A stretch of 64,000 bases of DNA from Pseudodesulfovibrio indicus (GTDB lineage Bacteria; Desulfobacterota; Desulfovibrionia; Desulfovibrionales; Desulfovibrionaceae): assembly GCF_001563225.1 (NCBI RefSeq), contig NZ_CP014206.1, positions 3,513,486 through 3,577,485 on the forward strand, read 5' to 3'. Made by a program: the position numbers and the translations under genes. Numbering within the stretch: the first letter of the stretch is position 1; each line of letters starts with the position of its first letter. The notes under the pieces were generated by a model. The model was not told the origin of the DNA. It worked only from the letters and a program-made list of their open reading frames with translations, and made no database searches. Below are positions 1-9,107 of this stretch, in pieces.

Positions 1-343
1 ACACCGGGATGGGCATACATGCCTGCGCCCATGCCGTGGCATAGGTGGAATGCGTGTGCGTGATGCCCCGGATTCCCGCGAACGCCCTGTACAGCACGGA
101 ATGGGTATTGGTGTCCGAAGACGGGCGCAAATCACCGTCCACCACGGCGTTGTCCAGATCGACCACGACCATGTGCTCCGGCTTCAAGTCGGCGTAGGGC
201 ACGCCCGATGGCTTGATGGCGAACACGCCCAAGTCGGGGTCATAGGCGCTGACGTTGCCGAAAGTGTATATGGCCAGCCCGAGAGCGGGAATCTGGATGT
301 TCGCCTCAAAGGCCTCCCGCCGTATCTCAGTGTAGCGTCCCAT
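1..343 (-). CDS. araD: L-ribulose-5-phosphate 4-epimerase (class II aldolase), 5' part only; gene runs off the window edge
   Basis: Manual minus-strand translation from ATG at 343: MGRYTEIRREAFEANIQIPALGLAIYTFGNVSAYDPDLGVFAIKPSGV...SSDTNTHSVLYRAF...THTHS matches AraD family motifs; 3 nt downstream of araB stop. Confidence 0.8.
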   Translation of the reverse strand, partial: MGRYTEIRREAFEANIQIPALGLAIYTFGNVSAYDPDLGVFAIKPSGVPYADLKPEHMVVVDLDNAVVDGDLRPSSDTNTHSVLYRAFAGIRGITHTHSTYATAWAQACMPIPV

Positions 344-346
344 GGC

Positions 347-2023
347 CTACTCCGTCAGGTTGTTTTCAATAAAATCGCCCACATGGCGATACTTCTCGAA
401 CAGCACCCGGTAGCGGGCGGCGCTCGCCGGGTCGGGGCTGTACACGGTGTCGAAACCGCTGCCCATGGCCTTCTGCGCTTCCATCACCGAGGGGAACAGA
501 CCGGCGGCGGTCGCGGCGAACATGGCCGCCCCGAGGGCTACCGTCTGCTCGGATTTCGCCACCTTGATGTCCATGTCCAGGACGTCGGCCAGGACCTGCA
601 TGACGAACGGCGCCTTCTTGGGCACGCCGCCGATGGCGATGACCTCCTTGATGGGGACCCCTTCCTCGCGGAACCGCTCCACGATCAGACGGGCACCATA
701 GGCGGTGGCTTCCACCAGCGCCCTGAAGATTCGGGGGGCGTCGCTGCCCAGATTCAGGCCGCACAACGCGCCCTTGAGCGCCTGGTTGGCAAAGGGCGTC
801 CGGCGTCCGTTGTGCCAGTCCACGGCCAGTTCGGCGGTCTCGCCGGGCGGGATGGCGGCCGCGGCCTCGCTCAAGGCGGGGATCAGCCTGTCGGCCAGCG
901 TCTGTTCCAGGGCCGCAGCCGCGTCGGCATCGAGGCCGGGCTGTTCGCCCAACAGGGTCAGGGGCCACAGGAGAAGCTGCTTGAACCAGGCGTAGATGTC
1001 GCCGAAAGCCGATTGCCCGGCCTCCAGGCCGATCATGCCCGGCAGAACGGACCCGTCCACCTGGCCGCAGATTCCCTTCACCAGGGTATCGCCCAGCTCG
1101 TCGGAGGGGGCCAGCAGCACGTCGCACGTCGACGTCCCGATGATCTTGACCAGGCTGTAGGGCGCTATTTCGCCGCCCACGGCTCCCATGTGCGCGTCGA
1201 ATGCGCCGACGCCCACGGCGATGCCGGGCCGCAGTCCAAGCCGCCCGGCCCATTCGTCGCTCAGGCCGCCCGCCTTGAGGTCGGCGGTATGGGTCTCCCG
1301 GTACAACCGCTCGCGCAGACCGGCCAGAAGCGGGTCCAGCGAGGCCAGGAACGTTTCGTCGGGCAGGCCGTCCCACAGCTCGTTCCACATGGCCTTGTGT
1401 CCGGCGGCACACCGGCTGCGCTTCATCGCTGCGGGGTCGGTCACGCCGGTCAGCACCGCGGGAATCCAGTCGCAATGCTCCACCCAGGACCAGGCGGCAT
1501 CGCGGACGGCTTCATCCTCGCGGAGCGTGTGCAGGATTTTGGACCAGAACCATTCGGATGAATACACCCCGCCGCTGTAACGGGTGAAGTCCTCACCGCC
1601 CCATTCCTTGGCGTGCCTGTTGATCTCCGCCGCTTCGGCAATGGCCGTGTGATCCTTCCAGAGTATGAACATCCCGTTGGGATTTTCCGCGAACTCCGGG
1701 CGAAGCGCCAAGGCGACGCCTTGCTTGTCCACGGCGACCGGGGTGGACCCGGTCGTGTCCACGCTGATGCCCGCGACCTTGGAGGCGGCACCCTTGGGTC
1801 CGCTCGCCAGGGCTCCTTTCACGGCCCCTTCCAGCCCTTCGAGATAATCCAGCGGATGTTGCCTGAAACGGTTCACCCGCGCGTCGCAATACATTCCCTT
1901 TGACCAGCGGGGATAGTAAAAGACATGGGACGAGACCTCGGTGCCGGTGGCCGTGTCCACGAGAACCGCCCGCACCGAATCCGTGCCGTAATCGAGTCCC
2001 AGGACATACTTCGAATCGCTCAT
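347..2023 (-). CDS. araB: ribulokinase (FGGY carbohydrate kinase)
   Basis: 558 aa; N-term LGLDYGTDSVRAV (FGGY motif), length and overall similarity to AraB; GGAGG RBS upstream of ATG at 2023. Confidence 0.9.
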   Translation of the reverse strand: MSDSKYVLGLDYGTDSVRAVLVDTATGTEVSSHVFYYPRWSKGMYCDARVNRFRQHPLDYLEGLEGAVKGALASGPKGAASKVAGISVDTTGSTPVAVDKQGVALALRPEFAENPNGMFILWKDHTAIAEAAEINRHAKEWGGEDFTRYSGGVYSSEWFWSKILHTLREDEAVRDAAWSWVEHCDWIPAVLTGVTDPAAMKRSRCAAGHKAMWNELWDGLPDETFLASLDPLLAGLRERLYRETHTADLKAGGLSDEWAGRLGLRPGIAVGVGAFDAHMGAVGGEIAPYSLVKIIGTSTCDVLLAPSDELGDTLVKGICGQVDGSVLPGMIGLEAGQSAFGDIYAWFKQLLLWPLTLLGEQPGLDADAAAALEQTLADRLIPALSEAAAAIPPGETAELAVDWHNGRRTPFANQALKGALCGLNLGSDAPRIFRALVEATAYGARLIVERFREEGVPIKEVIAIGGVPKKAPFVMQVLADVLDMDIKVAKSEQTVALGAAMFAATAAGLFPSVMEAQKAMGSGFDTVYSPDPASAARYRVLFEKYRHVGDFIENNLTE

Positions 2024-2047
2024 GCTCCGCTCCTCCCCTGGTTCCGG

Positions 2048-3529
2048 CTATTTGTAATAGACTTCATTGGCCCGAATCTCGCCCTTGAAAGCCCGGATAT
2101 CGGTGTTCCGGTCAATTTCCAGCATCTCGACGTCCATCATCTCCGCGAAGTCGCGCAGATGCTCGACGGTCACGCTCTGGCTGAACCCGGAGTGGTGCGC
2201 GCCGCCGCCGAGAATCCAGGCTGTCGCCGAGACCTTGAGGTTCGGCTCCGGACGCCACAGGGCGCGCGCCACCGGCAGCTTGGGCAGATCGCTGGGCGTG
2301 TCGACCACCTCCACGGGGTTGACGAGCATGCGGAACCGGTTGCCCATGTCCACGATGGTGGCGTTCAGGGCGGCTCCCTTCCTGGTGGAGAAGACCAGCC
2401 TGGCCGGGTCGTCCTTGCCGCCGATGGACAGGGGGTGCAGCTCCAGCGAGGGCTTGCCCCCGGCGATGGACGGACACACTTCCAGCATGTGCGCGCCGAG
2501 CACCAGGGCCTCGCCGTTTTCCGGCAGGTGGTAGGTGTAATCCTCCATGAACGATGTGCCGCCCTGCAATCCGGCTCCCATGACCTTCATGGAACGGACC
2601 AGCATGGCGGTCTTCCAGTCGCCCTCCGCACCGAACCCGTACCCGTCGGCCATGAGCCGCTGGCAGGCCAGGCCGGGGAGCTGGGCGAGGCCGTGCAAAT
2701 CCTCGAAGGTGGTGGTGAACGCCTTGAACCCGCCCTCCGCCAGGAACCGGCGCATGCCGACCTCGATGCGGGCCGCCTCGCGGATCATCGGGTCATCGGG
2801 CTTGGCGGTCAGCCGGGACACGTCGTAGGCCTGGAAATACTCGTCGACCATGCTCTTGATGTCCGCGTCGGAAACGGCCTTGACCCGAACGGCCAGGTCG
2901 CCCACGCCGAAGCCGTGGACCTCGTAACCGAACCGGATCTGGGCCTCCACCTTGTCGCCCTCGGTCACGGCCACGTCGCGCATGTTGTCGCCGAAACGGG
3001 CCACCTTGGCGCCGCGCGAATCCGCCACGGCGGCCGCCGCGCGCACCCAGACGCCGAGCTCGTCACGGACGTCCCGGTCCTGCCAATGCCCGACCACGAT
3101 CTTGCGGTTCAGGCGCAGGCGGGAGCAGATGAAGCCGAACTCGCGGTCGCCGTGGGCGGACTGGTTGAGATTCATGAAATCCATGTCGATGTCCGACCAG
3201 GGAATCTCGCGATTGTACTGTGTATGCAGATGGACGAAAGGCTTGTTCAGGGAGGAGAGTCCGGCGATCCACATCTTGGCCGGCGAGAACGTATGCATCC
3301 AGCAGATCAGCCCGATGCAGGCCTCTGCCGCATCGGCCTCCCGGCACACCTTGGCGATCTCATGAGACCGGGTGGCCACGATTTTGGGCACGATTTTCAC
3401 CGGCATCGCCTCGCTCAGGGCCTCGGCGATTTCCGCAGCGTTTCTCTCGACCTGTTTCAGGGTTTCCGGTCCATAGAGATGCTGACTGCCAGTCACGAAC
3501 CAAATCTCGAACTTGTCAAATGATATCAT
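2048..3529 (-). CDS. araA: L-arabinose isomerase
   Basis: [20 protein letters not shown]... is the canonical AraA N-terminus; the ORF in the track extends 25 codons upstream, but the start is probably at MISF (3529). Confidence 0.9.
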   Translation of the reverse strand: MISFDKFEIWFVTGSQHLYGPETLKQVERNAAEIAEALSEAMPVKIVPKIVATRSHEIAKVCREADAAEACIGLICWMHTFSPAKMWIAGLSSLNKPFVHLHTQYNREIPWSDIDMDFMNLNQSAHGDREFGFICSRLRLNRKIVVGHWQDRDVRDELGVWVRAAAAVADSRGAKVARFGDNMRDVAVTEGDKVEAQIRFGYEVHGFGVGDLAVRVKAVSDADIKSMVDEYFQAYDVSRLTAKPDDPMIREAARIEVGMRRFLAEGGFKAFTTTFEDLHGLAQLPGLACQRLMADGYGFGAEGDWKTAMLVRSMKVMGAGLQGGTSFMEDYTYHLPENGEALVLGAHMLEVCPSIAGGKPSLELHPLSIGGKDDPARLVFSTRKGAALNATIVDMGNRFRMLVNPVEVVDTPSDLPKLPVARALWRPEPNLKVSATAWILGGGAHHSGFSQSVTVEHLRDFAEMMDVEMLEIDRNTDIRAFKGEIRANEVYYK

Positions 3530-3740
3530 ACTTCTATGCCTCCTCCCGGACAGGGCTCGACCCAATGACGGCGTCGACGCGGGCCGGGTTTCGTTATCGT
3601 TCACGGTATGCCATATCTACATACCAACGCAAAATCATGTCAACCCTCGCACCACAATTGGACGGTTCGGCCCGGCTCCGTGCCGGAACGCCCCCGAACC
3701 GCTGTTTACAAACCGGCCTGAAGGCGGGTAATCAGAGGCC

Positions 3741-4787
3741 ATGACACAGCATCTGAGCCAGAAAAAGGTCACCATCAAGGACGTCGCCAGAGAGTGCAAC
3801 GTCTCCATCCAGACCGTTTCGCGCGTGTTGAACAACCGCAGCGACGTCTCCGATGCGACCCGCGACAAGGTCCAGGCGGTCATCGACGGGCTGGGCTACC
3901 AGCCGAGCATCATCGCCCGGGGCATGCGCAGGCAGAGCGACACCCTGGGCGTGATCATTTCCGGGCTCCGCTACACCGGCGTGGCCACGACCCTCAACGG
4001 CGTGGCCAGGGCCTCGGAGGAGCGGGGGTTCACCCTCATCCTCAAGGAAACGTCCTCCATGGACTGCCGCGACGTCCTGTCCTTCATCCATTCCCTGATG
4101 GCGCACCAGGTGCGCGGCATCATCTGCGCCGCCCCGCAAGTGGGCTCGAACTGGACCATCCTGCAACAATCCCTCCCGGCCAAGACCCCGCCGCTGGTCT
4201 TTCTCAAGGGCAACCCGCTGGCCGCGCCCGTGACCGTTTCCATCGACAACTATGCCGCGGGATACAAGATCACCCGGCACCTCATAGATCGGGGGTACAC
4301 CCGCATCGCCCACATCAACGGCCCGAGGGACTGGTGGGAATCCATCGAGCGGGAGCGCGGGTGGCGGCAGGCCCTGATCGAAGCCGGCTTGCCCGTCCAC
4401 GACCGGGCCGTGGTCGCCGGCGACTGGTCGCCCGCGTCCGGCAGGGAGAGCTACCTCCGCCTCCTGAAAGGCTACCCCGAAATGGACGCCGTATTCGCGG
4501 CCAACGACCAGATGGCGCTGGGCGTGCTGCACGAGGCCGGACTGCGCGGTGTGAACGTTCCCGAATCCTTGGGCGTCGCGGGCATGGACGACATCCCGGA
4601 GTCGGCGTTTTTCACCCCGGCGCTGACCACGATCCGGCAGAATTTCCACCAATTGGGCGACCTGGCGGTCCGCAAGCTCCTGTACCTTGCGGGCACCACT
4701 CCGGATGACGAATGCGTTGCCAAAGACACGATCATCATCCAGCCGGAGGTGATCGCGCGCCAATCCACCAACAGGAACGGAGAGTGA
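3741..4787 (+). CDS. LacI-family transcriptional regulator (HTH + periplasmic-binding-fold sugar sensor)
   Basis: N-term VTIKDVARECNVSIQTVSRVLNN (LacI HTH); 348 aa; divergent from araABD. Confidence 0.9.
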   Translation: MTQHLSQKKVTIKDVARECNVSIQTVSRVLNNRSDVSDATRDKVQAVIDGLGYQPSIIARGMRRQSDTLGVIISGLRYTGVATTLNGVARASEERGFTLILKETSSMDCRDVLSFIHSLMAHQVRGIICAAPQVGSNWTILQQSLPAKTPPLVFLKGNPLAAPVTVSIDNYAAGYKITRHLIDRGYTRIAHINGPRDWWESIERERGWRQALIEAGLPVHDRAVVAGDWSPASGRESYLRLLKGYPEMDAVFAANDQMALGVLHEAGLRGVNVPESLGVAGMDDIPESAFFTPALTTIRQNFHQLGDLAVRKLLYLAGTTPDDECVAKDTIIIQPEVIARQSTNRNGE

Positions 4788-4789
4788 GC

Positions 4790-5452
4790 ATGATGGAGAA
4801 CGGCAGACGCATCGGCGTCCTGTGGGACATGGACGGCGTCATCGTGGACAGCGGCGAAGCCCATTACGTTTCCTGGCAGGCGTCCCTGAAACGATACGGC
4901 CTTCCCTGCACCCGGGAGTTCTTTGACGAGACCTTCGGCATGAACAACAGGGGGATCATCTCCCTGCTCCTGAAACGCGACGCGACCGACGAGGAAGTGG
5001 ACGCCATCGGCGGTCTGAAGGAAGAGCTTTTTCGGCAGGACATCAAGGGCAACATCGCCCCCCTGCCCGGCGTGGTCGAATGGCTCGAGCGGTTCAAACG
5101 GGCGGGATTTCCCCAGGCCGTGGCCTCTTCGGCGCCTCAGGAAAACATCGACGCCATCATCGACGGCATCGGTCTGCGTGCGTCGTTTCAGGCGCTGGTC
5201 TCCGGCTCCGCGCTGCCCGGCAAGCCGGACCCGAGCACGTTCCTGTTGGCCGCCGAGCGCCTGGGCCTGCCGCCCTCCGAATGCCTGGTCATCGAAGACG
5301 CCAAGGTCGGCGTCCAGGCGGCCAAGGCGGCGGGCATGCGGTGCCTGGCCGTGTGCACCACGCACCGGGCGGAAGAACTGGCGAAAGCGGACCTGGTCCT
5401 CAAGGGGCTGGCCGACCTGACCTCCGACGCCGTGGGAACGCTGTTCCCCTGA
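4790..5452 (+). CDS. HAD-superfamily hydrolase (beta-phosphoglucomutase-like)
   Basis: Start MMENGRR with DMDGVIVDS motif I; stop of LacI gene immediately upstream. Confidence 0.8.
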   Translation: MMENGRRIGVLWDMDGVIVDSGEAHYVSWQASLKRYGLPCTREFFDETFGMNNRGIISLLLKRDATDEEVDAIGGLKEELFRQDIKGNIAPLPGVVEWLERFKRAGFPQAVASSAPQENIDAIIDGIGLRASFQALVSGSALPGKPDPSTFLLAAERLGLPPSECLVIEDAKVGVQAAKAAGMRCLAVCTTHRAEELAKADLVLKGLADLTSDAVGTLFP

Positions 5453-5466
5453 TTCAGCACCCCGTC

Positions 5467-7338
5467 TCAGTCGCGCTCATCCGGCTCGCACGGGACGCCG
5501 GGCAGGAGGATGGTGAACTCGCAGCCTCCCGCCTCCCTGTTCTTGACCTCGATGGAGCCGTTGTACTTGCTGATGATGCCGTAGCTCACCGAAAGCCCGA
5601 GCCCGAGATTGGTGTCCTTGCCGAGCTTTGACGAATAGAACGGCAGAAAGATGTTGCTCGGGTCCTCGTCGAGGATGCCGCACCCGTCGTCCATGAACCG
5701 GATGCGGGCCAGGGGCTTTCCGCCCTCCTCCACCATGTCGGTTTCGATGCGGATGGTTCCCGCGTCGCCGGCCGCCTCGAAGCTGTTTCTGAAGAGATTT
5801 AGCAGGACCTGCTTGATCTCGTTCTTTCTGGCCTCGACCACCACAGGACAATCGGGCGGCGAAAACCGGATCTCGATGTTGCGCCGCCGCGCGTCGATCC
5901 GAAGCAGGGCGATGATGGACAGCAGCAGCTCGCTGATGTCGATCTCCTCGATGACCACACGGGTTCGGTCGGAAAACGAGATCAGGTTGCTGACGATCTG
6001 CTTGATGTCCTCCAACTCTTCCTCGATGAGGTCGATGGTCTCGGCCACCTGCGTCTTTTCGAGGTTGAACTTCAGATAATTCAGGTGATTATAAATAATC
6101 TCCAAGGGGTTGTTGATCTCGTGGGCAACGCCCGCCGAGAGGATGCCCACCGAGGCCAGCTTCTCGGCCATGGTCAATTGCTGGCGCAGCGTTTCCTGCC
6201 GGGAGATGTCCTCGACGATGAGGATGTTGCCGATGAAGAACGCGCCGTCGCCGATGGGCAGGATCTTGATGTCCGCCGTGGTCTCCTTTTCACCGACCGT
6301 GGTGGGCACGGCATAAAACGCCGCCTCCCGCTGCTCCGCGAACGCGCCCTTGATCAGGGGCAGCGCTTTGCCGTCGCCCAGGGGAAACAGGTCGTCGATG
6401 CGGAGTTTCCTGTAGTCGGCATCGCCGAGCTCGAAATAATTCCGGCCATTGTCGTTGATCATCTTGATGCGGTTGTCGTTGTCCACGACCACAAGGTTGA
6501 TCGGCAGCTTTTGCAGGATGGCCTCGTTGTAGCGCAGGAGCTGATAGAACTCGCGCGAGTCCCCGGCCTTGGCATGCTCGGCCAGCTGGCTGTAGCACAG
6601 CTTGATCAGGTTGACCTTGTCCACGTTCTCGATGGATTCGGTGACGATGGTCTTGCCGTTGCGCAGGATGGTCACCCTGTCGGCCAGCGACGCCACCTCG
6701 TCGATGCCGTGGGCAAGGCAGAGGATGGCCGTGCCCTCCTCCTTCAAGGCGGCCAGGACGTGAAGCACCTTGTCCAGGTCCTCGGCGGACAGCTGCTCCA
6801 GGATGGCGTCCAGCACCAGAAGGCGCGGCTTGCGCAGGACGCTCCGCAGGAAATAGACGATGAGCTGCTCCGACGGACGCAATTCCTGAACCAGGGTCTC
6901 CGGGGAAAAATCGAAGCCGTACTTCTTCAGGATGTCCCCGCATTCCCGGTGCCACGCCCGTTTCTTGAAGAAAAACGGTTTGCTCTTGATCAGGTCGGGT
7001 ATGAGCAGATTGTCGGTCACGGTCAGGCAGTTGATAAGATGGGTCTCCTGGCAGACCAGCTCGATCTTGAGTTTCCTCGCCTCCCGCTGACTCAGGTTGG
7101 GGTATGCGGTGCCGTTGTAGAACCGCCGCCCGGAGTTGAGCCGGAGCAGCCCCGCCGTGAGGTTGGCCAGAGAGGACTTGCCCGCGCCATGATCGCCGAT
7201 GACCACATGGAATTCCCCGGGGCCGATGTCGAGGTTCACATTGCGCAGGGCATGGATGTGCCCCACGCCGCAGGCCACGTCTTCCAGCCTGAGGACCGCT
7301 TCACCCGGACCGTTCTCAGGCATATTGGTCGATCTCAT
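5467..7338 (-). CDS. Cytoplasmic sensor histidine kinase with N-terminal ABC-transporter-type ATPase domain (ABC_tran-PAS-HisKA-HATPase_c)
   Basis: Walker A GDHGAGKSSL, ABC signature LRPSEQL, Walker B LLVLD; then PAS, H-box HEINNPL, G-boxes GLGLSVSYGI; alternative start at MPENG (7323) gives ATGCCTGA overlap with upstream response regulator. Confidence 0.85.
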   Translation of the reverse strand: MRSTNMPENGPGEAVLRLEDVACGVGHIHALRNVNLDIGPGEFHVVIGDHGAGKSSLANLTAGLLRLNSGRRFYNGTAYPNLSQREARKLKIELVCQETHLINCLTVTDNLLIPDLIKSKPFFFKKRAWHRECGDILKKYGFDFSPETLVQELRPSEQLIVYFLRSVLRKPRLLVLDAILEQLSAEDLDKVLHVLAALKEEGTAILCLAHGIDEVASLADRVTILRNGKTIVTESIENVDKVNLIKLCYSQLAEHAKAGDSREFYQLLRYNEAILQKLPINLVVVDNDNRIKMINDNGRNYFELGDADYRKLRIDDLFPLGDGKALPLIKGAFAEQREAAFYAVPTTVGEKETTADIKILPIGDGAFFIGNILIVEDISRQETLRQQLTMAEKLASVGILSAGVAHEINNPLEIIYNHLNYLKFNLEKTQVAETIDLIEEELEDIKQIVSNLISFSDRTRVVIEEIDISELLLSIIALLRIDARRRNIEIRFSPPDCPVVVEARKNEIKQVLLNLFRNSFEAAGDAGTIRIETDMVEEGGKPLARIRFMDDGCGILDEDPSNIFLPFYSSKLGKDTNLGLGLSVSYGIISKYNGSIEVKNREAGGCEFTILLPGVPCEPDERD

Positions 7339-8653
7339 ATTTCTTCAGCTTGTTGTACAGCGTCTTGCGGCTGATGTTCAGGACCATGGCGGCCTTACGC
7401 TTGTTGTTCCCGGTTTCCTTGAGCGTGCGCAGGATAAGCCGCTTTTCGGCCTCCATGAGCATGGACCCCCGCCCTCCCTGCCGCTTCCTCTCCATCAGCG
7501 GGGTGGGCAGGTCTTCGAGATTGATGCAGTCGGCCACGGCCAGAGTGGCCGCATAGTTGATGGTGTTCTTCAATTCCCTGACATTGCCGGGCCAGGCGTA
7601 TTCCATGAACCGCTCCATGACCTCCCCGGACACGGAACGGACTTCCTTGGCGTTCTCCGCCGAGAACTGGGCCAGGAAATACTCGGTCAGCAGGGGGATG
7701 TCGTCGCGGCGCTCCCTCAGCGGCGGCAGCTTGAGGATGGCCGCGTTCAGCCGATAGTACAGGTCCTGCCGGAACCGTTTCTCGCTGATGAGCTTGTCCA
7801 GGTCCCTGTTGGTGGAGGTGATGAGCCGAATGTCCACCTTGATGGATTCCGTCCCGCCGATGCGGCGGATCTCCTGATTCTGGAGCGCCCGCAGGATCTT
7901 GGCCTGGGTGGACATGGACATGTCGCCGATCTCGTCCAGGTAGAGCGTCGTATCCCCCGCCCGCTCGATGATGCCGATGAACCGGCTCTGCGCGCCGGTG
8001 TACGCGCCCTTCTCATGGCCGAACAACTCGTTGTCCAGCAGGCTGTCCGGGAAAGCTGCGCTGTTGACCGTGACCATCTTTTTCGAGGCCCGGAGCGAGT
8101 TGTTGTGGATGAGGTTGGCCAGCAGCTCCTTGCCGGTGCCGTTCTCTCCCAGAATGAGGACCGAGATGTTCGTGCCCGCCAGCTTCTTGGCCTTCTCGCA
8201 CACGGCCAGGACCTCGTCGTTGCCGGTCACGATGCTGCCGGAAAGCTCCACGATCCTGTCCCGCAGGGTCGAGTTCTCCTGCTCCAGCTCCCCGAGCTTG
8301 ATGGCGTTCTCCACGATCTTCAGCAGCTTGTTGAAATCGAGCGGTTTCTGGACATAGTCGTAGGCGCCGAGCTTGACCGAGGTCACGGCGGACTCGATGG
8401 AACCGAAGCCCGTGATCATGATGACCGGCAGCCCCGGATACCGCTCGACCATGTCCTTGAGCAAGGCCAGGCCGTCCTCTTCCCCCAACATGATGTCGAG
8501 GAGCACGACCCCCACGGAACCGCTTTCCAGCGCGCCGAACGCCCGGCGCGAATTGGGCGCCTCGTGCACGAGATATCCGAGTTGCTCGAAGTTGCGGGCC
8601 AGGCTGCTCGACAGCTTGAGGTTGTCGTCGACAATCAGAATTTCCTTTCCCAT
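7316..8653 (-). CDS. sigma-54-dependent response regulator (REC-AAA+-HTH, NtrC family)
   Basis: REC (ILIVDDN...D in LLDIMLGE), AAA+ GENGTGKE, ESELFGHEKGAYTGA, C-terminal HTH; start placed at MGKEIL (GGAGAAATGGG RBS context), the ORF in the track is longer. Confidence 0.9.
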   Translation of the reverse strand: MGKEILIVDDNLKLSSSLARNFEQLGYLVHEAPNSRRAFGALESGSVGVVLLDIMLGEEDGLALLKDMVERYPGLPVIMITGFGSIESAVTSVKLGAYDYVQKPLDFNKLLKIVENAIKLGELEQENSTLRDRIVELSGSIVTGNDEVLAVCEKAKKLAGTNISVLILGENGTGKELLANLIHNNSLRASKKMVTVNSAAFPDSLLDNELFGHEKGAYTGAQSRFIGIIERAGDTTLYLDEIGDMSMSTQAKILRALQNQEIRRIGGTESIKVDIRLITSTNRDLDKLISEKRFRQDLYYRLNAAILKLPPLRERRDDIPLLTEYFLAQFSAENAKEVRSVSGEVMERFMEYAWPGNVRELKNTINYAATLAVADCINLEDLPTPLMERKRQGGRGSMLMEAEKRLILRTLKETGNNKRKAAMVLNISRKTLYNKLKKYEIDQYA

Positions 8654-8689
8654 TTCTCCACCCTGTGCCGATTGATTCGTCTGAAGAAA

Positions 8690-8740
8690 GTGTGAACCTC
8701 GGATACACACTTTCACACCATGTGTGAAAATGTTACACAT
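8690..8740. promoter_or_regulatory. Cluster of inverted GTGTGAA / TTCACAC half-sites (putative regulator binding sites) in divergent promoter region
   Basis: aaGTGTGAAcctcggatacacacTTTCACACcatGTGTGAAaatgtTACACAttc seen directly; alternating-orientation 7-mers, CRP-like TGTGA..TCACA flavour. Confidence 0.35.
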
Positions 8741-9107
8741 TCGCCATATTACGTCAACGTTCACGGAACATCTTGAAAAACGGCATAACTTACCGAAATA
8801 AAAGCTCTAATCACCGAAAGGCGAGCTTGTCCGCCAGAGAGTGATCACTTTTATTACAATCACGTCAATGCTGACAAAAACGTCGGGAACCGGCTCCATT
8901 CAACGCATTGCGAACGGACCGCCCGCTTCGCCGGGTCCAACGTCGCGATTCGGTTCGATATTTGCTCTGACTTTATGACCCGTTGCGGCGTGATAAAGCG
9001 GAATTGCTGCTTCTATCTGCGAAGTGGTTGCCCCAGTCCCGGGCAGTTGATTCAGGGACTGTTGCCTAGAGGTAGGTTTGAGTGATTCAACATCATTTGG
9101 AGGTATT

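Noticed and set aside
50-1561. 503-aa plus-strand ORF (and 366..1475 minus alternate frame)
   Set aside because: Arg/Gly/Pro-rich low-complexity translation antisense or out of frame to araB; typical high-GC artefact
1925-3523. 532-aa ORF antisense to araA, plus several 60-170 aa ORFs in 2067..3744
   Set aside because: Opposite strand of a strongly supported gene; composition artefact
3732-4763. 343-aa minus ORF and 3794..4708 plus ORF
   Set aside because: Overlap the LacI regulator in wrong frame or strand
8654-9107. Search for a TGGCAC-N5-TTGC sigma-54 promoter upstream of the sugar-binding protein gene
   Set aside because: No acceptable -24/-12 match found by eye; the sigma-54 regulator's target remains unassigned
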